Notes under the pieces: generated by a model | What the model was told of the DNA's origin: nothing | Databases searched by the model: none | What the model saw: the letters and a program-made list of their open reading frames with translations, nothing else | Program-made: the position numbers and the translations under genes | In this document: positions 18,690-29,054 of the stretch, piece after piece | Position numbering within the stretch: position 1 is the stretch's first letter | How the letters are laid out: each line of letters starts with the position of its first letter | DNA from: an uncultured Candidatus Saccharibacteria bacterium | GTDB taxonomy: Bacteria > Patescibacteriota > Saccharimonadia > Saccharimonadales > 2-12-FULL-41-12 | Length of the DNA: 64,000 nt | Assembly: GCA_964648105.1 (NCBI GenBank) | Contig: CAZYMH010000004.1 | Coordinates: forward strand, 6,083-70,082 | Direction: 5' to 3'

Positions 18690-19640
18690 CTAAAACTCCA
18701 TCTCGGCCATCTTGTCTTTGACTTCATCTAAAGCTTTTGAGCCAAATCCTTTTAGTTCGCGTAGCTCCATGTCGCTTAGAGAGAATAAATCTTTCAGTGT
18801 GTGGATATCGTTATTGATTAAAGCGTTGCTGGTACGAGCCGATAAGTTAAGGTCTTCGATAGATGTCATCAAGGCAAGTGAATCGTCATTTTCTTCAACT
18901 GACTCTAAACTAGCTGTACCATCCGAGGTTAGTAGAGGAGCTGAAGCTTCAACTTTTGTTTTACCTGCAAGAGCTGTGTATTGATTGACCAAAATTGCAG
19001 CCGCTTCTTCAAATGCTTCGCTAGGAGTAATCGAACCATCAGTATCAATTGTAATAACCAGTTTATCAAGGTCGGTTACTTGGCCAACACGAGTGTTTTC
19101 GACATTATAGCGAACTCTTTTTACAGGACTATACAGTGCATCAACTGCGATAACATCAGCAACTTTACGAGCATTGCTAGTTTCGTCGGCAGTTTTATAA
19201 CCTCGGCCAACTTCGACTACAATCTCACAAGAGAAATCAGCATTGTCATCAAGATTGCATATGACGTGATCTGGATTAACGACTTCGACATCGGCTGTAG
19301 TTTGAATATCTTTGGCGGTTAACGCTCCTTTACCTTTTTTGGTGATCTTTAGGGTTTGTGCTTCTTCAGAGAATACTTTAAAGACGATTCCTTTTAGATT
19401 CAAAATCAAATCAACTACGTCTTCAACTACTCCATCAAGAGTCGTAAATTCATGACTAGCACCCTCAAACCTTACTCCCGTGATTGCTGCACCTGATAAA
19501 GATGATAAAGCAACTCGCCTTAAGCTATTTCCAAGAGTCATGCCATAGCCACTATGAAGTGGTTCGACTGTGAATGTTGCTGAAGTAGCACTGTGTTCAT
19601 TTACATTTACGACACCTGGTGTGTGAATTATTTTTGACAT
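18690..19640 (-). CDS. rpoA: RNA polymerase alpha subunit
   Basis: 316 aa; N-terminal dimerisation domain and C-terminal LNLSARTSNAL helix-hairpin-helix. Confidence 0.95.
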   Translation of the reverse strand: MSKIIHTPGVVNVNEHSATSATFTVEPLHSGYGMTLGNSLRRVALSSLSGAAITGVRFEGASHEFTTLDGVVEDVVDLILNLKGIVFKVFSEEAQTLKITKKGKGALTAKDIQTTADVEVVNPDHVICNLDDNADFSCEIVVEVGRGYKTADETSNARKVADVIAVDALYSPVKRVRYNVENTRVGQVTDLDKLVITIDTDGSITPSEAFEEAAAILVNQYTALAGKTKVEASAPLLTSDGTASLESVEENDDSLALMTSIEDLNLSARTSNALINNDIHTLKDLFSLSDMELRELKGFGSKALDEVKDKMAEMEF

Positions 19641-19661
19641 ATTTTTTCCTTCCTACTTCTT

Positions 19662-20279
19662 TTATCGTGAGTAATACTCAACAATTAATTGCTCATTTAT
19701 ATCTACTTCGGCTTCTTCACGAGTCGGTGAACCAACAACTTTTACTGTGAATTTTTTGCGATCAACCTTTATCCAACTCGGCATTTCGCTGTTAGCTGGA
19801 CTTACTTCATCTAGATTCTTAAAATACTCTGATTTTTGACTCTTAACTCGGACAGTTAGTGTATCGCCGTCTTTCAAACGAATTGAAGGTATGTCAATTC
19901 GTCGGCCATTAAGCTCAAAGTGTCCATGACTGACTAATTGGCGACTTGCTCGTCTTGAAGTTGCAAAACCAGCTCGGTAAACTGCATTATCGGCACGTAG
20001 TTCTAAGAATTTAAGTAATACCTGGCCTGATTGACCCTTAGTTTTGCTAGCTTCTTTCATGAGGTTAGAAAATTGTTTTTCTAGCAAACCATATAGTCTT
20101 TTTACTTTTTGCTTTTCACGAAGTTGCAAGTTGTATTGACTTGATTTTGATCGAAATGCTCCTGCTTTTTGCTCGCCAGGTGGAGTAGATCGTTTCATTA
20201 AAGCTTTGTGAGCTTTTGGGTGAAGGGCATAGCCTTCACGACGACTCATTTTTACAATTGATTGTCTATCACGTGCCAT
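19662..20279 (-). CDS. rpsD: Ribosomal protein S4
   Basis: 205 aa; RADNAVYRAGFATSRRASRQLVSHGH S4 domain. Confidence 0.95.
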   Translation of the reverse strand: MARDRQSIVKMSRREGYALHPKAHKALMKRSTPPGEQKAGAFRSKSSQYNLQLREKQKVKRLYGLLEKQFSNLMKEASKTKGQSGQVLLKFLELRADNAVYRAGFATSRRASRQLVSHGHFELNGRRIDIPSIRLKDGDTLTVRVKSQKSEYFKNLDEVSPANSEMPSWIKVDRKKFTVKVVGSPTREEAEVDINEQLIVEYYSR

Positions 20280-20281
20280 TG

Positions 20282-20680
20282 TTAAACCCTTCTAGCCTTT
20301 CTTGGACGACAGCCACCATGCGGAACGCCAGTAACATCTGTGATTGATTCAACAGCAACTCCTGCACTTACTAAAGCTCTGACAGCTGATTCACGGCCAA
20401 GGCCAATTCCTTTCACAAACACATTTGCTTTAGATAAACTATATTGTTGTTTTGCAGCGTTAATTGCTTTCTCGGCGGCAACTTGGGCAGCGTAAGCTGT
20501 ACCTTTTTTGCTACCACGAAAACCACAGGCTCCTGCACTTGCAGTTGTTAATGCTCCACCATTATTATCGGTTACAGTTATAATTGTATTATTAAACGAA
20601 GCCTGAACATGAACTTGTCCACTAGCTACAACTCGTTTAGTTTTCTTCTTCTTGATTGATTTATTAGTTACTTCTGCCAT
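20282..20680 (-). CDS. rpsK: Ribosomal protein S11
   Basis: 132 aa; [13 protein letters not shown]...[14 protein letters not shown]. Confidence 0.95.
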   Translation of the reverse strand: MAEVTNKSIKKKKTKRVVASGQVHVQASFNNTIITVTDNNGGALTTASAGACGFRGSKKGTAYAAQVAAEKAINAAKQQYSLSKANVFVKGIGLGRESAVRALVSAGVAVESITDVTGVPHGGCRPRKARRV

Positions 20681-20688
20681 TATTTATC

Positions 20689-21075
20689 CTACGTCTTTGA
20701 TGCGACTTTCTTAGCTGTTCCACCCACAGTTGTTTTCTTACCACGCCTTGTTCGAGCATTGGTTTTAGTTCTTTGACCACGGCTCGGCAAGTTACCCTTA
20801 TGGCGTTGGCCACGGTAGCTATTGATATCTTTTAAGCGTTTAATATTGCCTGTAACGATTCGTTGTAATTCACCTTCGACAGTATATTTATCAGCGATTA
20901 CCTCTGATATACGACTAATCTCATTGTCAGTCATATCTTTTACACGGATAGTTGGTTCAACTTTTGCTAACTCCAATATTTCGACAGCAAATTTAGGTCC
21001 AATACCATAAACATATGTCAAGGCAATTTGGATTTGCTTTTCATTAGGAATTGTTACTCCTGAAATTCTAGCCAT
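20689..21075 (-). CDS. rpsM: Ribosomal protein S13
   Basis: 128 aa; [10 protein letters not shown]...[10 protein letters not shown]. Confidence 0.95.
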   Translation of the reverse strand: MARISGVTIPNEKQIQIALTYVYGIGPKFAVEILELAKVEPTIRVKDMTDNEISRISEVIADKYTVEGELQRIVTGNIKRLKDINSYRGQRHKGNLPSRGQRTKTNARTRRGKKTTVGGTAKKVASKT

Positions 21076-21084
21076 ACTCTGTTA

Positions 21085-21201
21085 TTATCCTTGTCTCTGC
21101 TTATGCTTTGGTTTTAATTTATTGATTACGTAAAGTCTACCCTTGCGACGAACAATTTTGTCGTCAGGTGTGATTTTCTTTACACTTGCACGTACTTTCA
21201 T
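21085..21201 (-). CDS. rpmJ: Ribosomal protein L36
   Basis: Own translation (below ORF-track cutoff): [38 protein letters not shown], 38 aa. Confidence 0.9.
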   Translation of the reverse strand: MKVRASVKKITPDDKIVRRKGRLYVINKLKPKHKQRQG

Positions 21202-21323
21202 ACTGATCTCCGATTCCTTCCTTCTTTATTTAAGTGTTTTTCGGAAACACACTGCTTATTAATATTTTTTTGATAAATTTATTATTCAAAAAAAACTTTT
21301 GACCTTTTTAACAAATAATAAAT

Positions 21324-21545
21324 TTAAGATTTCCTGTATGTAATCCGCCCCTTCGTTAGATCGTAAGGGGTTAGTTCTACAGTGACAGTATCACCTGGGA
21401 CAATCCGTATATAATGTTTACGCATTTTACCAGCGACATGAGCTATTATCTCGTGACCATTAGAAAGTTTTACCCGAAACTGAGTCCCCGGTAGAGTTTC
21501 GGAAATTACCCCCGACAGCTCAATTACTTCCTTATTTTTCGCCAT
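21324..21545 (-). CDS. infA: Translation initiation factor IF-1
   Basis: 73 aa; [30 protein letters not shown]...[12 protein letters not shown]. Confidence 0.95.
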   Translation of the reverse strand: MAKNKEVIELSGVISETLPGTQFRVKLSNGHEIIAHVAGKMRKHYIRIVPGDTVTVELTPYDLTKGRITYRKS

Positions 21546-21667
21546 TGATATATCTCTGATATATTCTTCTACACTAGTTAAAATGTATGATTACTTTTAC
21601 CTCTGTGCTTTAAATATAACTGGTAAGTAATTATATCAAAAAACTACAACGTTTGCAAAGAGTTTTT

Positions 21668-23152
21668 CTATGGTTTTTTGGTTATTTTTTTGAGATTGGG
21701 TAATTTTAAGCGTTTTTTAGATTTTTCAACTGTTTGAAAGAAGTCAGAACCATCGTATTGACTATAGGTAATTAGCATAGCTCGCGACTCGATTTGACGA
21801 AGTGTTTCAAGAGATACAGACACCAAAATTAAGATTGAAGTACCTGTAATTGCCAGGTTATTCTTAAGAAATGCTTCGGCAATAATTGGCATAACAGCCA
21901 GCAAACCTAGGGCAAATGCACCAAATAAAGTTAACCTGTTAACAACCTTTGTTAGATATTTTTCAGTTTGTTTACCCGAACGTACATCTTCCAGGAAAGC
22001 CCCTTGTTTTTGCAAGTTTTCGGCAATTTCTTTGGAATTGAAGGCGATTGAGGTGTAAAAGAATGTAAACAGCACTACCAAAACGAAGTAAATAACAGGG
22101 TAAATATAGGCATGCCAATCACCAGAAGTTAGGGTTTGAGCGGTTGGAGTCTGGAACCATAAATTTAAATCTTGGCCAAGTTTTTGCAAATTTAAGCTAC
22201 TATTTTTTACTAAAATCTGAGCAACAAAGTTAGGGACACTCAAGAACGCCACGGCGAAGATAATCGGTATAACACCTGCGGTAATCAACTTAACTGGCAA
22301 CATAGTCGATACTCCACCATATGCCCGACTACCCTGGACACGTTTGGCATAATGAACAGTTAATCGCCGTTGAGCCTCATTTAATCTAACAACGAACATC
22401 GTAACCAATAAAATTGCTAAGGCTATACCGATTGAATATAAGAAACCAGTACGGTTTATCGGTAGTGATTGACCAAACAATACCCATTTCTCGTTACCAG
22501 ACCCAAGCGAGGAGTTAACTAACTGGGCAATTTTGCCTGGTAAAGACGAAACGATACCAACTGTTATTAATAGTGAAATACCGTTACCAATGCTTTGCTC
22601 GGTAATCAACTCTCCCAGCCACATCAACATCATAGCTCCACCAGTGAGAGCGGCGATCATTAATATCCACTGGGCTAAGCTGGCTCCAGCTGTAATATCA
22701 CCTAACCCAGCAAATGACGAAGCTTGAGTTTTGACCAAAAATATTGTTCCAACAGATTGAATAATCGCCAAAGGAAGAGTTATCATACGAGTATATTGAT
22801 TTATTTTCTTGCGACCGAATTCACCCTCTTTATTCATCTCTTCGAGTTTAGGGATGGCTTTGGTCAATAACTGCATAATAATGCTAGCGTTAATATATGG
22901 CCCAAGTCCAATCAACATTATCGAGAAATTAGCTAACGCACCACCAGATAATACGTTCAAAAAGCTCAAAAATTGCGGTGTGTCTTGGCTAGTAAAAATG
23001 CCATTTAACACCTGACGCAGTGTCTCAGAATTACCTAACGGAATCGGAATATGAGCTAGCAAGCGAAAAATTACTAATATACCTAATACAGCCAATATGC
23101 GTTTACGCATATCATTATCGCTCAAAGATTTCCAGATTAACTTCCAGTTCAT
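21668..23152 (-). CDS. secY: Preprotein translocase SecY
   Basis: 494 aa, 10-TM pattern, GLGPYINASIIMQLL motif; position after rplO. Confidence 0.95.
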   Translation of the reverse strand: MNWKLIWKSLSDNDMRKRILAVLGILVIFRLLAHIPIPLGNSETLRQVLNGIFTSQDTPQFLSFLNVLSGGALANFSIMLIGLGPYINASIIMQLLTKAIPKLEEMNKEGEFGRKKINQYTRMITLPLAIIQSVGTIFLVKTQASSFAGLGDITAGASLAQWILMIAALTGGAMMLMWLGELITEQSIGNGISLLITVGIVSSLPGKIAQLVNSSLGSGNEKWVLFGQSLPINRTGFLYSIGIALAILLVTMFVVRLNEAQRRLTVHYAKRVQGSRAYGGVSTMLPVKLITAGVIPIIFAVAFLSVPNFVAQILVKNSSLNLQKLGQDLNLWFQTPTAQTLTSGDWHAYIYPVIYFVLVVLFTFFYTSIAFNSKEIAENLQKQGAFLEDVRSGKQTEKYLTKVVNRLTLFGAFALGLLAVMPIIAEAFLKNNLAITGTSILILVSVSLETLRQIESRAMLITYSQYDGSDFFQTVEKSKKRLKLPNLKKITKKP

Positions 23153-23320
23153 GGTTTCAGACGTTTCACCCTCATTTATTTATCTTATTTAAGTATTATA
23201 TAAGAGATAGATATTAGCTTCAAGATTAGATCAAGAGATTTGCTAAAACTACAACTTTTTTATTTTAGCGACTGCAAAATTTATTTCGTAACCAACGACG
23301 ACAATACATCTAGTTAATTG

Positions 23321-23797
23321 TTATTTTTTGCTAGATTTTTTCGTGCTATATGGTCGCTTAAGTTGCGGAACAACTTCAAAACTGCCACCAGCAGCTTGCA
23401 GTGCGGCGATAGCCGATTCGCTGGCGAATTGTAACTTGACAGTAATTTTTTTGTCTAGTTTACCCTTACTAATTAGCTTAACCCTAACGTACGGGTTCTC
23501 GATAAGGCCATTTTTGGCTAAAACTTCGCTATCGACAGTTGCTACACCAAGATTTTGTAATTGAGATGTATAAATGTTACTCACTCTTGGTCGATGAGAA
23601 TTAAAGCCACGTAACTTTGGGATACGCATGTAGAGCGGCATCTGTCCACCCTCGAAACCAGGTCTTACGCCACCACTTTTACGCGAACCTTGACCTTTAG
23701 TACCACGGCCAGCTGTTTTGCCTTTACCTGCAGATATACCGCGGCCGACTCTTGACGATTTTCGATTTGGTTTAACTTTTAAATCTTCGAATCTCAT
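23321..23797 (-). CDS. rplO: Ribosomal protein L15
   Basis: 158 aa; GRGISAGKGKTAGRGTKGQ. Confidence 0.95.
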   Translation of the reverse strand: MRFEDLKVKPNRKSSRVGRGISAGKGKTAGRGTKGQGSRKSGGVRPGFEGGQMPLYMRIPKLRGFNSHRPRVSNIYTSQLQNLGVATVDSEVLAKNGLIENPYVRVKLISKGKLDKKITVKLQFASESAIAALQAAGGSFEVVPQLKRPYSTKKSSKK

Positions 23798-24468
23798 TAT
23801 TTAGTCTCCTTCTTAGAGGCTTTTTTAGGCGTAGCACTTTTGGCTGAGGTTGACTTTTTGGGAGCAGCTTTTGCTTTAGTTGGTTCAGTTTTTGAGCTTG
23901 GCTGTTTTGATTCTGGTTTGTCTTTAGCGACTGACTCAGCTTTTTTCGGCCGCGATGAATCTTGTTTGGTGGTAATCCAATCTTTTGCTTGAACCATTTG
24001 CTTCAGAGCTTCGATTGTCGCATATGCGGTGTTGATTTTGTTTGTCGAACCAAGTGATTTTGACAAAGCATTACTTACGCCTGCTACTTCTAGTACTGTC
24101 CGAACTACACCACCAGCGATTAAACCTGTACCAGGTGCAGCAGGTTTAAGCAAAATAATCGATCCTCCGACTTTAGCTTGTGCTTCATGAGGGAATGTTC
24201 CTTTGTAAAGCTTTAGATCATTGAAGTTTTTCTTGGCAACATCAACTGCTTTTGCCACTGCTGCGGTAACATCAGCACCTTTAGAGATTCCGATACCGAC
24301 TTTGCCTTTGTGATCGCCGACCACAACTAATGCACGAAACCTAAATCTTCGACCACCTTTCACCACTCTAGCTACCCGATCGATATGGACAACTCGTTCA
24401 TCTAATTGTTTTTCTTCGCTCGGATTGTTAGGCTTGCGTGAGTTATTTTTATTCTTATCTTCAGCCAT
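23797..24468 (-). CDS. rpsE: Ribosomal protein S5 with long Lys/Ala/Pro-rich C-terminal tail
   Basis: 223 aa; VVKGGRRFRFRALVVVGD core; its stop overlaps the rplO start, so no L30 gene lies between them. Confidence 0.95.
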   Translation of the reverse strand: MAEDKNKNNSRKPNNPSEEKQLDERVVHIDRVARVVKGGRRFRFRALVVVGDHKGKVGIGISKGADVTAAVAKAVDVAKKNFNDLKLYKGTFPHEAQAKVGGSIILLKPAAPGTGLIAGGVVRTVLEVAGVSNALSKSLGSTNKINTAYATIEALKQMVQAKDWITTKQDSSRPKKAESVAKDKPESKQPSSKTEPTKAKAAPKKSTSAKSATPKKASKKETK

Positions 24469-24470
24469 AA

Positions 24471-24824
24471 TTAAAACTCCAATCCACCTTTACGAGCCGC
24501 TTCAGCCAAAGCTTTAATACGACCATGATATTTCCTGTCTCCTCTATCAAAAGCTACTTTAGTAACCTTTTTTGATTTAGCTAATTTTGCAATTTCGCTT
24601 CCAATTGCCTGTGCTTTTTCACTCATTGTGCCGCTAAGTTTTTTGTTGGCACTACTGCAACCAACAATTGTTATATGCTGCTGATCATCAATAATCTGAG
24701 CAGATATATGCAAGTTAGATACGTTGACTGACAAGCGAGGTCTCAAAGTAGTACCACGCACTTGTGTCCGAACGCGGTTTTTGCGTCTGAAACTATTTTT
24801 GGAAGTTGATTCTAATCTACCCAT
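24471..24824 (-). CDS. rplR: Ribosomal protein L18
   Basis: 117 aa; conserved spc order. Confidence 0.95.
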   Translation of the reverse strand: MGRLESTSKNSFRRKNRVRTQVRGTTLRPRLSVNVSNLHISAQIIDDQQHITIVGCSSANKKLSGTMSEKAQAIGSEIAKLAKSKKVTKVAFDRGDRKYHGRIKALAEAARKGGLEF

Positions 24825-24826
24825 TT

Positions 24827-25366
24827 TTATTTGTCCTTTCCGCTTTTACCGCTTTTACGTACGATTCGCTCTTCGACATATTTAATTCCTTTACCCTTAT
24901 ATGGTTCAGGCTTTTTAAGCGAACGAATTTCAGCGGCCGCTTGTCCAACTTGCTGTTTAGAGATTCCACTGACAGTTATTAGGTTTTGTTTAACTTCAGC
25001 CATTACTCCTGCAGGTAACTTATAATTAACTTCGTGCGAAAATCCTAAGTTCATTTTTAGTGTATCTCCGCTTAATGCAACTCGATACCCAACACCATTG
25101 ACTTCTAGCTCTTTTTTGAAGCCTTCACTTACGCCAATGACCATATTATTAATCAATGCCCGCATTAAACCATGTTTAGCACGATTTTTTGGCTCATCAT
25201 TTTCTCTGGTAACAGTGATTTCTCCGTTATCTTGTTTGACATTTATTCCTGACATTGTAAACTGCTCGAGCGAACCCTTTGATCCAATTACTTTGATCAA
25301 ATTTTCGTCGATAGTGATTGTCACACCGCTTGGAACCAAAATTGGTAGTTTTCCTATTCGACTCAT
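24827..25366 (-). CDS. rplF: Ribosomal protein L6
   Basis: 179 aa; MSRIGKLPI start. Confidence 0.95.
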   Translation of the reverse strand: MSRIGKLPILVPSGVTITIDENLIKVIGSKGSLEQFTMSGINVKQDNGEITVTRENDEPKNRAKHGLMRALINNMVIGVSEGFKKELEVNGVGYRVALSGDTLKMNLGFSHEVNYKLPAGVMAEVKQNLITVSGISKQQVGQAAAEIRSLKKPEPYKGKGIKYVEERIVRKSGKSGKDK

Positions 25367-25400
25367 CTTTCTCCTTAATATCTTTCTATTCTTTACCTAA

Positions 25401-25796
25401 CTAATAAACCTTACAAATAAGCTCACCGCCCATGCGGTTTTTCTTGGCATCATCGCCCGTCATCAATCCTTTAGAAGTCGAGACGATTACAATGCCACGG
25501 CCACGCATGATTTTTGGAATTTTATCAGCGGCCGTATACAACCGACGACCAGGTCGACTTACTCTTTGAATTTCGGTTATCCGTGCGTTGCTATCTTCTT
25601 TATTGATTGTTATCACCAAAGATTTTGACACACCTTCACCAACCGAACTAACATCATCTATAAAATTATTGGCTTTTAGAAGTTCGGCGACACTTTGTTT
25701 AATTTTAGAGTGAGGCATTTTCACTTCTGTTTTATTAACGGCAATTGCGTTGCGAACTCGTGTTAGCATGTCTGAAATTGGATCTGTTGAAGTCAT
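25401..25796 (-). CDS. rpsH: Ribosomal protein S8
   Basis: 131 aa; DPISDMLTRVRNA start. Confidence 0.95.
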   Translation of the reverse strand: MTSTDPISDMLTRVRNAIAVNKTEVKMPHSKIKQSVAELLKANNFIDDVSSVGEGVSKSLVITINKEDSNARITEIQRVSRPGRRLYTAADKIPKIMRGRGIVIVSTSKGLMTGDDAKKNRMGGELICKVY

Positions 25797-25814
25797 TATT
25801 TTGTTCCTTTCATT

Positions 25815-26084
25815 TTACCAGCTCGCTTTCGTAACACCAGGTACCTCGCCCTTGACGGCGTGTTCACGGAATGAAATACGGCTTAATCCAAATTGACGCA
25901 TATATCCATGTGGACGTCCAGTTTCTACACATCGGTTCTTCTTACGAGTTGGACTAGAGTTACGAGGCAATAAGTGCAAGCCGTCTTGGTCACCAAGTGC
26001 TTTAAGTTCTGCACGTTTTTTAGCGTATTTGTTGATCATTTTGCTACGCTTTGCGTCACGTGCAATATTAGATTTGCGGGCCAT
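25815..26084 (-). CDS. rpsN: Ribosomal protein S14 (long, non-zinc type)
   Basis: 89 aa; ...[19 protein letters not shown]... Confidence 0.95.
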   Translation of the reverse strand: MARKSNIARDAKRSKMINKYAKKRAELKALGDQDGLHLLPRNSSPTRKKNRCVETGRPHGYMRQFGLSRISFREHAVKGEVPGVTKASW

Positions 26085-26194
26085 TATTTATTCTCCTTAT
26101 CGTTGGATAAGACAAACCTACGGTTTTTCTCATCGCTCGCCAGCCTAGCTGGGTTTGCAAGCAAACTAAACTCGCTGCTCTTTTCCCTGATCAT
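26084..26194 (-). CDS. 36-aa ORF created by a 110-bp junction duplication/insertion between rplE and rpsN
   Basis: Own translation [36 protein letters not shown]; TAATG-coupled to both neighbours; uncertain whether it is expressed as a protein. Confidence 0.3.
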   Translation of the reverse strand: MIREKSSEFSLLANPARLASDEKNRRFVLSNDKENK

Positions 26195-26784
26195 TATTTA
26201 TTCTCCTTTTCAAACGGCATGCCAAATTTAGTTAACAAAGCTTTTACATCAGCTTGATTTTGGCTTTTAGTCACAATAACTATTTGCATACCGTGTGGTT
26301 TAGTAGTTTCTTCGAAAGATAATTCCGGAAAGATAGATTGCTCAGTTAAACCGATAGAATAATTACCTTGTTTATCAAAAGCTCCTGCTTTAACACCGTG
26401 AAAGTCACGTAGTCGAGGCAAAACAATGTTAATCAATCGATCCAAAAATTCGTACATTCGTTCGTCCCTTAACGTAACTTTAAGACCAATCTTGTTGCCT
26501 TCCCGTAGCTTAAATGTCGCAATTGACATCTTGGCATAAGTGGCAATTGGTTTTTGACCAGTAATCTTTGTCAAAGTGTTTTCGGCTACCTCAAACATTG
26601 ATTTATCGTCTTTGCTACGGCCAAGCCCAACATTTAAGACTATTTTTTCTAGTTTTGGAACTTGATTTACATTATTTAGCTTCAATTCCTTCTGAAGTTC
26701 GGCAACGTATTTATCAAGATATTCTTGTTTGAGCCTTGGAAAATCAACTTTTTGACTAGGTGATTTAGTTTTAGTTTCAGCCAT
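26194..26784 (-). CDS. rplE: Ribosomal protein L5
   Basis: 196 aa; conserved spc order. Confidence 0.95.
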   Translation of the reverse strand: MAETKTKSPSQKVDFPRLKQEYLDKYVAELQKELKLNNVNQVPKLEKIVLNVGLGRSKDDKSMFEVAENTLTKITGQKPIATYAKMSIATFKLREGNKIGLKVTLRDERMYEFLDRLINIVLPRLRDFHGVKAGAFDKQGNYSIGLTEQSIFPELSFEETTKPHGMQIVIVTKSQNQADVKALLTKFGMPFEKENK

Positions 26785-27137
26785 TACTTGATCTCCTTTC
26801 CACTCTTTTTATAAATACGAGTTTTTCGACCATCTTTGTCTAGCTTAAAGCCAATTCGACTAGGTTTTTTACTTGTCGGCTCAACAATCGCTACTTTAGA
26901 AACATCAATTGGCTTAGTAATCTCAACTATTCCACCGTTAGGATAAGCTTTGTTAGGTTTGATAGCTTTTTTGATAATATTTATACCTTCTACAGTCACT
27001 TTGTTATCTCTTGGATGAACTTGTGAAATTTTTCCAGTTTTACCTTTGTATTTTCCAGATAAAACAACTACATTATCGTCTTTTCTAAGACGAATTTTGT
27101 ATATTTTAGAAGTATTTGATGGTTTATTAATCTTCAT
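26784..27137 (-). CDS. rplX: Ribosomal protein L24
   Basis: 117 aa; KOW motif VVLSGKYKGKTG. Confidence 0.95.
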   Translation of the reverse strand: MKINKPSNTSKIYKIRLRKDDNVVVLSGKYKGKTGKISQVHPRDNKVTVEGINIIKKAIKPNKAYPNGGIVEITKPIDVSKVAIVEPTSKKPSRIGFKLDKDGRKTRIYKKSGKEIK

Positions 27138-27505
27138 TATAGTACCTCCGGTGCTAACGAAATGATTTTAGCATAACCCATGTCACGTAGTTCACGTGGT
27201 ACAGGTCCAAAAATACGAGTTGCTTTAGGGTTTTTGTCATCCCCGATAATTACTGCGGCATTGTCGTCGAACTTGATAGTCGAACCGTCCTTGCGACGAA
27301 TTTGCTCGCGGGTTCGTACAACTACTGCTCTGACTACAGATTTTTTCTTAACATTGCCGTTTGGGCTAGCTTGCTTGACAGTTGCAGTGATTATATCGCC
27401 AACTCGAGCGTATCGCCTGCGAGTTCCACCAAGTACACGGATGCACAGAATTTCTTTAGCACCACTGTTATCACAAACTATCAACCTGGATTCTTGTTGG
27501 ATCAT
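27137..27505 (-). CDS. rplN: Ribosomal protein L14
   Basis: 122 aa; [15 protein letters not shown]. Confidence 0.95.
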   Translation of the reverse strand: MIQQESRLIVCDNSGAKEILCIRVLGGTRRRYARVGDIITATVKQASPNGNVKKKSVVRAVVVRTREQIRRKDGSTIKFDDNAAVIIGDDKNPKATRIFGPVPRELRDMGYAKIISLAPEVL

Positions 27506-27810
27506 TATTTGGTTTCCTCTTGTTTGTTAGTTTGATCGTCGTCAAGTACCTTCAAATCGTCTTTAGTGATAGTTGCCCGTTCGACGATTTTATCAAGTTT
27601 GAACCGTTTGCGGGCAGATAATGGACGAGTCTCGCTGATTATAACCTTGTCGCCAAGCTTGCATTCATTATTTTCATCATGTGCCATAAATTTGGTTGTA
27701 CTAATATACTGTTTTTTATAAAGTGGGTGAGTTTTGCGAGTTGCAATCGTAATGACAATAGTCTTGTCGCTAGCAACAGACGAAACTACTCCAGTTAATG
27801 TTTTTGCCAT
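27505..27810 (-). CDS. rpsQ: Ribosomal protein S17
   Basis: 101 aa; conserved order, C-terminal acidic/basic extension. Confidence 0.95.
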   Translation of the reverse strand: MAKTLTGVVSSVASDKTIVITIATRKTHPLYKKQYISTTKFMAHDENNECKLGDKVIISETRPLSARKRFKLDKIVERATITKDDLKVLDDDQTNKQEETK

Positions 27811-28010
27811 TACATTTTCTCCTTAGAGAGCTGTTCGCTCATTATTGTTAACATTCGTGCCAAATCTTTACGCTTAGATTTTACGATTCGGACGTTTTGA
27901 GTTTCACCCATATGAATTCGGCGACGTAGTTCTGTAATTTCTTCACGCAAGCTATTGACAGCCTCAGCTAATTTCGGTGTATCCATTTTACGGATTTCGC
28001 TGACAGTCAT
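27810..28010 (-). CDS. rpmC: Ribosomal protein L29
   Basis: 66 aa; conserved order. Confidence 0.95.
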   Translation of the reverse strand: MTVSEIRKMDTPKLAEAVNSLREEITELRRRIHMGETQNVRIVKSKRKDLARMLTIMSEQLSKEKM

Positions 28011-28423
28011 TATTCGCCCTCCCTTAAAATAAACTTAGTTTTAACTGGCAACTTATGAGCCGCAAGACGCATAGCTTCACGAGCTACTTCTTCGCTAACT
28101 CCTTGCATCTCGAACAAAACTGTACCAGGTCGAACTTTTGCTACAAAAAATTCTGGGCTTCCTTTACCACCACCCATTTTTAGTCCCAGTGGTTTTTTGG
28201 TAACAGGTGTATGAGGAAAGATGCGAATCCAAATTTTACCACCACGCTTAATGTAGCGGGTCATTGCCTGACGAGCTGATTCAATTTGGCGGGAAGTAAT
28301 TTTTTCTGGTCCCATGGCTTGAAGTGCATATTGACCAAATGCGATTGTATTGCCAGAAGTAGCTGGGCCTTTGATTCGGCCTTTACGTACTCGGCGGTGT
28401 TTTAATTTATTAGGTACTAACAT
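28010..28423 (-). CDS. rplP: Ribosomal protein L16
   Basis: 137 aa; [16 protein letters not shown]. Confidence 0.95.
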   Translation of the reverse strand: MLVPNKLKHRRVRKGRIKGPATSGNTIAFGQYALQAMGPEKITSRQIESARQAMTRYIKRGGKIWIRIFPHTPVTKKPLGLKMGGGKGSPEFFVAKVRPGTVLFEMQGVSEEVAREAMRLAAHKLPVKTKFILREGE

Positions 28424-28424
28424 C

Positions 28425-29054
28425 TTAGATTACCTCACCTTTATATATCCAAACTTTTACGCCAATTACTCCGGCAGCAGTTTGAGCTCCAGCATGAGCA
28501 TAGTCAATATCAGCTCTGATGGTGTGTAATGGTACAGAACCTTGAACTTCTTTTTCACGGCGACTCATTTCGGCACCATTTAATCGTCCAGACACTTCAA
28601 TACGGATTCCTTTAGCTCCCGCTCGCATAGTCGCAGCACCAGCTTGTTTGATAGCTCGCCTAAATGAAATTCGTCGTTCTAATTGATGAGCGATATTTTC
28701 GGCAACTAATTTTGCATGTAGTTCAGATTTTTTGATTTCTTCGATGTTAACACGTACATTTACACCATAGATTTTTTCAATTTTAGTTTTAAGCTCTTGA
28801 ACACCTGCTCCACCACGACCAATCACTACACCAGCCTTAGCAGTGGAAATAGTTACAGTCACAAGATTTGGTGAACGCTCAATATCGATTTTATTAATTG
28901 CTGCTCTGGCACCTAGATCTTTTTTGATCATTTGACGAACTTTTAAATCTTTCGATAAAAATTCTTGGTAGTCACGCTTATTTGCGAACCATTTACTTCG
29001 CCAATCTTTATTGACTTGAAGTCGCATACTAATCGGATTTACTTTTTGTCCCAT
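28425..29054 (-). CDS. rpsC: Ribosomal protein S3
   Basis: 209 aa; [12 protein letters not shown] start, KH domain. Confidence 0.95.
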   Translation of the reverse strand: MGQKVNPISMRLQVNKDWRSKWFANKRDYQEFLSKDLKVRQMIKKDLGARAAINKIDIERSPNLVTVTISTAKAGVVIGRGGAGVQELKTKIEKIYGVNVRVNIEEIKKSELHAKLVAENIAHQLERRISFRRAIKQAGAATMRAGAKGIRIEVSGRLNGAEMSRREKEVQGSVPLHTIRADIDYAHAGAQTAAGVIGVKVWIYKGEVI

